From the NCBI GenBank assembly GCA_037442705.1, contig JBBIPT010000001.1, forward strand, positions 1 to 50,130: 50,130 bases of DNA, read 5' to 3'. Both the position numbers and the translations under genes were made by a program. This DNA comes from Anaeromyxobacter sp. (lineage in GTDB: Bacteria; Myxococcota; Myxococcia; Myxococcales; Anaeromyxobacteraceae). Below, one piece after another: positions 1-7,498 of this stretch (its first letter is position 1; each line of letters starts with the position of its first letter). The notes beneath the pieces are model-generated. The model was not told the origin of the DNA and searched no databases. It saw only the letters and a list, made by a program, of their open reading frames with translations.

Positions 1-102
1 GCCGCGAGTTCGCCCGCCTGCTGGATCCACCGGAGGCCCCCGGCCAGGACAAGCCCGAGCGCTCGCTCGCCGAGGACGAGCTGGCCTTCTGGCAGCGGCT
101 GT

Positions 103-885
103 TCACCCGGCGCCGGCGCGGCGGACGAGTGGGCCGAGCCCGCGCCGAGCCCTGGCGGCGAGACCCCCTTCCCCGAGGAGGGAGCGGAGCCCGCGCCCGG
201 AGGTGCGGCCCCCGTCTTCGACTTCTCGCGCCCCGACTTCTCCGCCGAGGAGGAGGCGGCTTTCGCGGAGGCGGAGGCGGCCCGCGCGGCCGGGCCGATG
301 GCGGCCATCCCCGAAGCCGCTCCCGCGGAGCCGCCGCCGGAGGAGCTGCCTCCGTTCGACGCCGGCGGGGAGGTGGCCGCCGCGGAGCCCGCAGCCGCCC
401 CGGCGGCGGAGGAGGTCCCGCTGGAGGAGCTCCCCACGATCGACGGCGAGGACATCCTCGAGGAGATCCCTCCCGAGGAGCTCGCGGCGCCCGCGGCGCC
501 GCCGCCCTCCGCCCTCGTCGTCCCCGGCACGCACCGCGTCGTCGTCCACACGGTGGAGGGGCACGTCCGGCGCGGCGTCCTCACCGACGTGGACCTCGCG
601 GCGGGCGCGCTCGCGCTCGAGCCCCAGCCCGGCGTGGCGGCGGAGCCCATCGACGCGGAGCAGGTGAAGGCGATCTTCTTCATGCTCGCGCCGGGGGAGA
701 AGGCGCCCCCCGCGGAGGGGAAGAGGGTCCGCGTGACGTTCCGCGACGGGCGGCAGGTGGCGGGCTACGGCCCCGACTACACCGAGGAAGGGCCCGGGTT
801 CTTCATGATCCCCGCGGACACCCGCACGAACACCGGGCGGATCTGGGTCTACCGGGCCGCGGTGAAGCAGGTCGTCACGAGCTAG
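103..885 (+). CDS. 5'-partial myxobacterial protein with an acidic Pro/Ala/Glu-rich linker and a C-terminal DUF6982-like domain
   Basis: Frame 1 is open to TAG 883-885, with typical GC-rich codons from about 105. C-terminal VVVHTVEG...VKAIFFML...VRVTFRDGR...FFMIPAD pattern. True start is not visible. Confidence 0.65.
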   Translation, partial: SPGAGAADEWAEPAPSPGGETPFPEEGAEPAPGGAAPVFDFSRPDFSAEEEAAFAEAEAARAAGPMAAIPEAAPAEPPPEELPPFDAGGEVAAAEPAAAPAAEEVPLEELPTIDGEDILEEIPPEELAAPAAPPPSALVVPGTHRVVVHTVEGHVRRGVLTDVDLAAGALALEPQPGVAAEPIDAEQVKAIFFMLAPGEKAPPAEGKRVRVTFRDGRQVAGYGPDYTEEGPGFFMIPADTRTNTGRIWVYRAAVKQVVTS

Positions 886-1620
886 TCAGTTCATCCAGCG
901 CGGCCGCTCGCCCGAGCCGTTCCGGCCGACGACCTTGAGGTGCCTCGCCCGGCGCTGGCGCTCGCGCTCCCGCCACCACGCCTTCGCCCGCCGGAGGCCG
1001 TCGCCGCCGCCCCGCCGCCCCTCGAGGAGCCAGGCGATCCCGAGCGCGGAGAGATGGGGCACGAAGCCGCCGATCCCCTCGAGCCCTCGCCCCGAGGCGA
1101 TGCCGAAGAGGACCGTCCCGAAGACGATGAGCCGGGCGAGGGTCTTCCCGGAGAACGGGAGGACCCCGAAGAAGCTGAGCGGGCGATCGGGGTTCTGGAG
1201 CGCCCAGGCGAAGACGAGGGCCATGACGACCGGCCACATGCCTCCGTGCGGGCTCGACGCCGGGGCCCAGAGGAGCGACAGGAGGGTCGCCGCGATCGCC
1301 GATCCGAGCGTGAGCGCGAGGAAGCGGGCGACGAGCCTCCCCTCGCCCCACATCCAGGCGAGCTGCCGCCCGAAGTTGTAGAGCATGTAGCCCCCGAAGA
1401 GGAGACCGAGGAGGTCGTTCACGAGCGGCCAGGTGAGGAGCCGCCAGAGCTCTCCGCGCGCGATCGCGACGGGCGAGAGGGCCGCGAGGGAGGGGAACCG
1501 CTGATCGACCCAGCCGTAGACGCTCCCGGCGAGGACCGCGGCGAGGAGCACCCCGAGCCCCGCGGGGACGCGCCCGCCGAAGGTGAAGAACTCGCCGATG
1601 CCTCTCCCGCCGCGCGCCAA
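886..1620 (-). CDS. Rhomboid-like (DUF1751-type) membrane protein
   Basis: GELWRLLTW motif and several TM segments. TTG start at 1620 follows GGAGG. The longer start in the ORF track runs through a repeat. Confidence 0.75.
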   Translation of the reverse strand: MARGGRGIGEFFTFGGRVPAGLGVLLAAVLAGSVYGWVDQRFPSLAALSPVAIARGELWRLLTWPLVNDLLGLLFGGYMLYNFGRQLAWMWGEGRLVARFLALTLGSAIAATLLSLLWAPASSPHGGMWPVVMALVFAWALQNPDRPLSFFGVLPFSGKTLARLIVFGTVLFGIASGRGLEGIGGFVPHLSALGIAWLLEGRRGGGDGLRRAKAWWRERERQRRARHLKVVGRNGSGERPRWMN

Positions 1621-1651
1621 GGTTCCTCCGTCTACACGAACCGTTCCTGGC

Positions 1652-1686
1652 TCCGTTCGCCCTTCGACGGGCTCAGGGCGAACGGA
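1652..1686 (+). repeat. Hairpin repeat, stem type A
   Basis: TCCGTTCGCCC-TTCGACGGGCTCA-GGGCGAACGGA. Confidence 0.9.
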
Positions 1687-1815
1687 AGCTCCTCGCCACC
1701 GATCCGCATCGCGCCCGTCCACTGCACGAGGGTGCTCATCCCTGTTCCCTGGGGAAACGTAACGTCGCCTCGGGGGGCCGGCAAGTCATGACGGTAGCCA
1801 GTCGAGAAGATCCGG

Positions 1816-1893
1816 CCGTTCGCGGTTCGACAGGCCCACCACGAACGGATGGATGGGAGTCCGTTCGCCCTGAGCCCGTCGAAGGGCGAACGG
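1816..1893. repeat. Hairpin repeat doublet B(+)/A(-)
   Basis: Copies at 1816-1848 and 1861-1893 with a 12-nt linker. Confidence 0.9.
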
Positions 1894-1959
1894 CTCTTCT
1901 CGAGCGGTTCGTGGTCGACACGCCCCAGGGGAATCACTGACGGTCGCGATCGCCCGCGA

Positions 1960-3156
1960 TCACAGGGCCTCGATCACCACCGCGATGCCCTGGCCGCCGC
2001 CGATGCAGGCGGAGCCGAGCCCGCGCTTCGCGCCCCGGCGGCGGAGCTCGTGGACGAGGTGCATCGCGATCCGCGCGCCGCTCGCGGCGAGCGGGTGGCC
2101 TAGGGCGATCGCCCCGCCGTCCACGTTCGTCTTCTCCCGCGGGAGCCCGAGCTCCTTCACCACCGCGAGGACCTGCGGCGCGAAGGCCTCGTTCACCTCC
2201 ACGAGGTCGAAGTCCTCGAGCTTCGCCCCGGTCCGCGCGAGCGCGTTCCGGATCGCCGGCACCGGCCCGATCCCCATGATCGACGGATCGACCCCGGCGT
2301 GCCCCCAGTTCACGAGCCGGGCGAGCGGCTTCACGCCGCGCCGCTCCGCGTGCTCCCGGGTCGTCACGACGAAGGCCCCCGCGCCGTCGCAGATCCCGCT
2401 CGCGGCCCCGGCGTGGATGACCCCGTCCTTCTGGAAGACCCTGGGGAGCTTCCGGAGCCCCTCGACCGTCGTGTCGGGGCGGGGGTGCTCGTCCCGGTCG
2501 AAGAGGGAGGTGCCCTTCTTCGTCCGGACCTCCACCGGGGCGAGCTCCTCGCGGAAGCGCCCGGCCTCGTGCGCCGCCGCCCAGCGGCGCTGCGACTCCA
2601 CCGAGAACTCGTCCACCTCGTCCTGCCCGATGGCGTACTTCTCCGCGAGCTTCTCGGCGGTGAGGGCCATGGGGAGGCCGCAGTAGCTGTCGGTGAGCGC
2701 CGACCAGAGGGTGTCCTCCGTCGGGGGCGGCTTCCCGAAGGGGAAGCCCCAGCGCGCGCCGCGGACGACGAGCGGCGCCTGGCTCATGGACTCCGTGCCG
2801 CCGGCGAGGACGGCCTCGGCCTGCTCCGTCTCGAGGAGCATCGCCGCCTGGACGAGCGCCTCGAAGCCCGACCCGCAGAGCCGGTTCACCGTGATCGCGG
2901 GGACGCGCTCGGGGAGCCCCGCCCGGAGCCCCACGTGCCGGGCGAGGTAGATCGCGTCGGGGCTCGTCTGGGCGACGTTCCCCATGACGACGTGCCCGAA
3001 GTCGTCCGGCGGGAGCCCCGCCTGGGCGATCGCCGCCTTCGCGGCGTGGACCGCGAGGTCGGTCGCGCTCCAGTCCTTGAGGGCTCCGCCGAACGCCCCG
3101 AACGGCGTCCGCTTCGCGGAGAGGATGACGACGTCCTTCTTCCCGGCGCGGTTCAT
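1960..3156 (-). CDS. Thiolase (acetyl-CoA C-acyltransferase)
   Basis: NRLCGSG, NEAFA, GHPLAASG and CIGGG motifs. ATG 3156 with AAGGAG RBS. Confidence 0.95.
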   Translation of the reverse strand: MNRAGKKDVVILSAKRTPFGAFGGALKDWSATDLAVHAAKAAIAQAGLPPDDFGHVVMGNVAQTSPDAIYLARHVGLRAGLPERVPAITVNRLCGSGFEALVQAAMLLETEQAEAVLAGGTESMSQAPLVVRGARWGFPFGKPPPTEDTLWSALTDSYCGLPMALTAEKLAEKYAIGQDEVDEFSVESQRRWAAAHEAGRFREELAPVEVRTKKGTSLFDRDEHPRPDTTVEGLRKLPRVFQKDGVIHAGAASGICDGAGAFVVTTREHAERRGVKPLARLVNWGHAGVDPSIMGIGPVPAIRNALARTGAKLEDFDLVEVNEAFAPQVLAVVKELGLPREKTNVDGGAIALGHPLAASGARIAMHLVHELRRRGAKRGLGSACIGGGQGIAVVIEAL

Positions 3157-3210
3157 CGGCGGCTCCTTTCTAAGCGACGGCTCGAGATCCGGGATCAGCT
3201 GGATACGGTC

Positions 3211-3286
3211 CACTCGTGCTCGAGCCCGTCGAGGCCCGAGCGGGGTCGGATGCCCTCTCGCCCTTCGACAGGCTCAGGGCGAGCGG
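3211..3286. repeat. Degenerate (-) copy plus A(+) copy of the hairpin repeat
   Basis: CGAGCCCGTCGAG at 3221 and CCCTTCGACAGGCTCAGGGCGAG at 3261. Confidence 0.8.
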
Positions 3287-3329
3287 AACTCTCCGATGAT
3301 ACGACTGTCTCCGAATCATGACCGGCCGT

Positions 3330-3521
3330 TCAGCGGGCGGCCTCCCCCGCGAGCCCCTTCAGCGCGAAGACGAGGACCACCAGGGCGAGGACGACGTTCA
3401 CGAGCTCGAGCACCACGCCGAAGGGAGCGCCGCCGCCGCGCAGGAGGCGCACCGCGCGCGGGGCGTGCCGGAGGAGCATGAAGAGCGCGACGACCGCGAC
3501 GACCGCGTGGAAGGTGGTCAC
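3330..3521 (-). CDS. Small two-TM membrane protein (63 aa)
   Basis: GTG start overlaps the tatC stop (GTGA). Two hydrophobic helices and normal codon bias. Confidence 0.7.
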   Translation of the reverse strand: MTTFHAVVAVVALFMLLRHAPRAVRLLRGGGAPFGVVLELVNVVLALVVLVFALKGLAGEAAR

Positions 3522-4318
3522 GCCTTCGCCTCCGCGCCCTCCGGCGGCGGCTTCTTCCCGAGGATCCGCGCGAGGAGGATCCCCACCTCGTAGAAGACGA
3601 TCATCGGCACCGCCATGAAGGCGAGGTTCAGCGGATCGCCGGTGGGGGTGATGAGCGCGGCGAGGACCACGTTCCCGATGATCGCGTAGCGCCGGTACTT
3701 CGCGAGCCACCGGTGGTTCACGAGCCCCACCATGGAGAGGAAGGCGATGACGACCGGGACCTCGAAGACGATCCCGAAGCCGAGGAGCATCGCGAGGACG
3801 AGCGAGAGCTGCGCGCTCATCGTGAGGACCGGGGCGAGCGAGGCGTCGTTCGCGATGGCGGCCATCGCCGGGAAGGCCGCCGGCATGATCACGAGGTAGC
3901 AGAAGGCCGCCCCCGTGTAGAAGAGGAGCGTCCCGAAGAGGAGGAACGGGATGACGACCTTCTTCTCCTTCTTGTAGAGCCCCGGGGCGACGAAGAGCCA
4001 GAGCTGCCAGAGGATCCAGGGCGCCGCCGCGAAGAGGCCGCCGTAGGCCGCCACCTTGAGGTAGACGAGCAGCGGCTCGATGTAGCTCGTGTAGTGGAGC
4101 GCCCGCTGCGCCTCGGGGAGCGAGTCGAGCACCGGCTGCATGAGCCAGTGGAAGATCCGGTCCACGAACGCCCCGATCGCCGCCATGCCGGCGACGACGC
4201 CGAGGAGGGCGCGGCCGATCCGCTTGCGGAGCTCCCGCAGGTGGTCGAGGAGGCTGAGCTTCACCTCGCCCTCGGGCTCGCGGGCCGCGGCGGGCAGCTC
4301 GGGGGCGGGGGCGCTCAC
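3518..4318 (-). CDS. tatC: Twin-arginine translocase subunit TatC
   Basis: LLDHLRELRKR, FVAPGLY, FEVP and ITPTGDP motifs. GTG overlaps the tatB stop. Confidence 0.95.
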   Translation of the reverse strand: MSAPAPELPAAAREPEGEVKLSLLDHLRELRKRIGRALLGVVAGMAAIGAFVDRIFHWLMQPVLDSLPEAQRALHYTSYIEPLLVYLKVAAYGGLFAAAPWILWQLWLFVAPGLYKKEKKVVIPFLLFGTLLFYTGAAFCYLVIMPAAFPAMAAIANDASLAPVLTMSAQLSLVLAMLLGFGIVFEVPVVIAFLSMVGLVNHRWLAKYRRYAIIGNVVLAALITPTGDPLNLAFMAVPMIVFYEVGILLARILGKKPPPEGAEAKA

Positions 4319-4674
4319 TTGCCCTCCGGAGGTGGGGCCTCCGCGGCCGGGGTCCCGGGGGCCGGAACCTCGGGAACCTCGGCGAGGGCGGCCTCGAGCC
4401 CGGGCACGTTCTCCTTCGTCGCCGCAGGCGGCGGGCCGGCGGGGCCGGGCACCGGTTGGGTGGCGACGGGCGGGACGAGCGCGGGGCGCGACGGCTTCCG
4501 GTCGTCGAGCGTGATCTCCTTCTGCATCTGGTCCTTGAGATCCTCCGTCGCCCGGCGGAGCTCGCGCAGGCTCTTCCCGAAGGTCTTCGCCGCGTCGGGG
4601 AGGCGGTCCGGCCCGAGGAGGAGCAGGGCCAGGACGGCGATGATGAGGATCTCCCCGAACGAGAGGCCGAACAT
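4315..4674 (-). CDS. tatB: Twin-arginine translocase TatB (TatA/B family)
   Basis: MFGLSFGEILIIAVLALLLLGPDRLP, directly upstream of tatC. Confidence 0.85.
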   Translation of the reverse strand: MFGLSFGEILIIAVLALLLLGPDRLPDAAKTFGKSLRELRRATEDLKDQMQKEITLDDRKPSRPALVPPVATQPVPGPAGPPPAATKENVPGLEAALAEVPEVPAPGTPAAEAPPPEGK

Positions 4675-4758
4675 GCGGGGATCCATATAGCACGGGGGGA
4701 CGGGAGGGACGCCCGCTCCGCTTGCCGCGGCCCGCCCCGGCCCCTAACCTTCCCGAGG

Positions 4759-5184
4759 ATGACCCACTGGCTGGTGAAGACCGAGCCCTCCGCCTACTCC
4801 TGGGACGATCTCGTCCGGGACGGCACGACCCCCTGGACGGGCGTCGCGAACGCCCAGGCGCAGTCGAACCTGCGCGCGATGCAGCGGGGGGACCGGGTCG
4901 TCGTCTACCACTCCGGGGAGAAGCGGGCGATGGGGGTGGCCGTGGTCGTGAAGATCGCCTATCCCGACCCGACCGGGGACGGCGAGACGGTCTGCGTGGA
5001 CCTCCGCGCCCTGGAGCCCCTCGCCTCCCCCGTCCCCCTCGACGCGCTGAAGGAGGAGCCGGCCTTCGCGGGCTCCGCCCTCCTCCGCCAGGGGCGGCTC
5101 TCGGTGGTGCCGCTCTCGCCCTCGGAGTGGCGCGGCCTCGAGGCGGCCGCGAGCGTCTTCGCGAAGACGGGCGGCTCGACCTGA
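4759..5184 (+). CDS. EVE domain protein
   Basis: HWLVKTEP..YSW, WTGV.N, GD.V..YHS and RLSVVP motifs. Confidence 0.9.
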   Translation: MTHWLVKTEPSAYSWDDLVRDGTTPWTGVANAQAQSNLRAMQRGDRVVVYHSGEKRAMGVAVVVKIAYPDPTGDGETVCVDLRALEPLASPVPLDALKEEPAFAGSALLRQGRLSVVPLSPSEWRGLEAAASVFAKTGGST

Positions 5185-5210
5185 CCTGAGCCTGTCGAAG
5201 GGTCGAAGGG
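5180..5210 (-). repeat. Truncated hairpin repeat with micro-duplications
   Basis: CCTGA-CCTGAGCCTGTCGAAGGG-TCGAAGGG. Confidence 0.8.
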
Positions 5211-5228
5211 CGGACGTCCCGGCCTCCG

Positions 5229-7316
5229 TCAGATCCGGAAGCGCCGGACCTCTCCGCGGAGCACGTCCGCGTGCGAGGCGAGGTCCACGATCGCGGCCTC
5301 GAGCTCCCGCACGGACGAGGACTGGGCCTCGGCCACCTGCTTGATGTGGACGACGGCGGAGAGGACCTGCTCCGACCCCCTCGTCTGCTCCTTCTGGGCC
5401 CGGTTCAGGTGGTGGACCATCTCGGAGATCGACTCGATCGCCCTCGTGATCTGCTTCGAGCCCCGCGCCTGCTCCTGGGCCGAGCGCTCCACGTGCTTCG
5501 TGATCCCCTTCATCCGCTCGGCGCTCTTCATGATCTGCTCGGAGCCGCGCGCCTGCTCAGCGGTCGCCGTGGCGATCTGCTGGACCGTCTCGGCGATCCG
5601 GTTGATCGCCATCGTGACCTGCTTCGACCCCCGCGCCTGCTCGATGGTCGCCCGCGCGATCGCCTTCACCATCTGCGTGGACTTCAGCGAGGACTCCTGG
5701 ATCTTCTTCAGGGCCGTCTCCGTCTCCTGCCCGAGCCGGACCCCCTCCTCCACGTTCCGGACGCCCCGGTCCATCGCGGCGACGGCGTTCTTCGACTGGT
5801 CCTGCACGGCGCGGATGAGCTCGGAGATCTCCTTCGTGGAGGCCCCGGTCCGCTCGGCGAGGTCCTTGATCTCGTCCGCCACGACCGCGAAGCCCTTCCC
5901 GTGCTCGCCCGACTGGGCGGCGAGGATGGCGGCGTTCAGCGCGAGGAGGTTCGTCTGCTCGGCGACGTCGTCGATCACGTCCAGGATGTTCCCGATGGCC
6001 GCGATCTTCCGGCCGAGGGCCTCGATGACCGCCGCGGCCTCCTTCGACGACTCCTTGATCTTGTCGATGCCGGCGAGGGTGCGGGAGAGCGCCTCCGCGC
6101 CCATCTCCGCGTCCCGCTGCGCCTGCTCGGAGAGCTTCGCGGTCTCGTTCGCGTTCGACTCGACCTGGCTGATCGAGACGTCCATCTCGTTCATGGACGA
6201 CGACGTCTCCTCCGCGGTGGCGGACAGCTCCTCGATGTTCTTCGCCACCTCCTTGATCGAGTAGGTCATCTGCTCGATCGCGGCGGTCGTCTCCTCCACG
6301 CTCGCGGCGAGCGCCTGGATGTTCTCGGCGACCTCGTCGTTCGTGGCCGCCATCTCGAGGATGGAGGACGAGGACTCCTCCGCGCTCTGGGCGAGGACCT
6401 CCACGTTGTCCGCGATCCCCTTCAGGGAGGCGATCATCTGGCCCATGGAGGCGGAGGTGTCCACCGCCTTCGCGGAGACCGTCCCGGCGCCCGTGGTCAC
6501 CGCCGCGCCGGTGAGGGAGATCCGCTCGAGCACCGTCGCGACGCCCCCCGTCACGTTCTGGACGCGCGAGAGGGTCACGGCGAGGTTCTCCCCGATCCGG
6601 TTCAGGGAGTCGGCGAGGACGCCGAGCTCGTCCTCCCCGAGGCTCGCCGCCCGGGCGGTGAGGTCGCATTCGGAGACGCGGCGCGCCACTTCGCCCATCT
6701 CGTCGATCGGCTGGATGAGGATCCGCGAGACGAAGAAATAGACGAGGGCCGCGAGGAGGACCCCTCCCGCCACGAGCAGCCCGAGCACGATGTTCCGGAC
6801 CGCGGAGATCTCCCCGTCCACCTCCTCCGCCGAGAGGCCGAGGAGGACGGTGCCCACCGCGCGCTCGTCCCGCGAGCCGTCGGGGCGGGCGGTGGCGCCC
6901 GTCACCGGCGCGGAGAAGAGGAGCGCGCTCCCCTCGCGCGCGCCCTGGGGCCCGCGACGGGAGGCCTGCGCGGCGATCGCCTCCTCCGCGGTGCCTGGGT
7001 GGGCCCGCGACAGCCGCTTCGCCACGACGGTGGAGTCCGCCCGCAGCACGACGACGAAGGCGAAGTTGCGCTCGTCCCAGCCGCGCTCCACGAGCGCCGC
7101 GACGGCTTCGTACCGCCGCTCCGAGAGGGGCGAGGCGACCTCGGCGGCGAGGGCGCGGGCGGACGCGCTCCCCTCCTGGACCGCGGAGCGCTCCAGGGCC
7201 CGGCGCAGCTCGCGCCCGACGAGGAGCGCGGTGAGCCCCCCCGCGAGGAAGAGCGAGACCGCGACCGAGAGGAGGACCGATCGCTTCACTCCCAACGTGG
7301 CGAATCTCAGGAGCAT
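5229..7316 (-). CDS. Methyl-accepting chemotaxis protein
   Basis: Two TMs, HAMP domain, QTNLLALNAAI and GKGFAVVADEIK signalling hairpin. Confidence 0.95.
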   Translation of the reverse strand: MLLRFATLGVKRSVLLSVAVSLFLAGGLTALLVGRELRRALERSAVQEGSASARALAAEVASPLSERRYEAVAALVERGWDERNFAFVVVLRADSTVVAKRLSRAHPGTAEEAIAAQASRRGPQGAREGSALLFSAPVTGATARPDGSRDERAVGTVLLGLSAEEVDGEISAVRNIVLGLLVAGGVLLAALVYFFVSRILIQPIDEMGEVARRVSECDLTARAASLGEDELGVLADSLNRIGENLAVTLSRVQNVTGGVATVLERISLTGAAVTTGAGTVSAKAVDTSASMGQMIASLKGIADNVEVLAQSAEESSSSILEMAATNDEVAENIQALAASVEETTAAIEQMTYSIKEVAKNIEELSATAEETSSSMNEMDVSISQVESNANETAKLSEQAQRDAEMGAEALSRTLAGIDKIKESSKEAAAVIEALGRKIAAIGNILDVIDDVAEQTNLLALNAAILAAQSGEHGKGFAVVADEIKDLAERTGASTKEISELIRAVQDQSKNAVAAMDRGVRNVEEGVRLGQETETALKKIQESSLKSTQMVKAIARATIEQARGSKQVTMAINRIAETVQQIATATAEQARGSEQIMKSAERMKGITKHVERSAQEQARGSKQITRAIESISEMVHHLNRAQKEQTRGSEQVLSAVVHIKQVAEAQSSSVRELEAAIVDLASHADVLRGEVRRFRI

Positions 7317-7498
7317 CCGGGTGGCCCGGCCGCGCGGAGTGCGCGTTTCGTGGGCGGTCCGATGCTACCGGCGGGGGTCGGCCCTGGCAACTTCGCGGGC
7401 CCGCGATATGCTCGGTCGGCGCGCCTTGCGCTGCTTGCGCCTCGACCGCCCGGCTCGGTCCGGAGATTCCCTCACGGCCCCTGAGGTCCCACCCGCGA

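Noticed and set aside
1632-2103. Short ORFs and N-terminal extensions containing PFALSLSKG, PFDRLRANG, RPEPVEG or PSTGSGRT (also at 21154-21542, 22419-22718, 24124-24396, 41491, 46713)
   Set aside because: These are translations of the hairpin repeat, not a protein family.
5340-5660. 84-nt degenerate repeats in the MCP gene (EQARGSxQ four times)
   Set aside because: Ordinary heptad periodicity of chemoreceptor methylation helices.
5271-7484. Long antisense or alternate-frame ORFs (also 7365-10220, 19546-21246, 43127-46348 and many others)
   Set aside because: Arg/Gly/Pro-rich shadow ORFs expected at high GC, overlapping well-supported genes.
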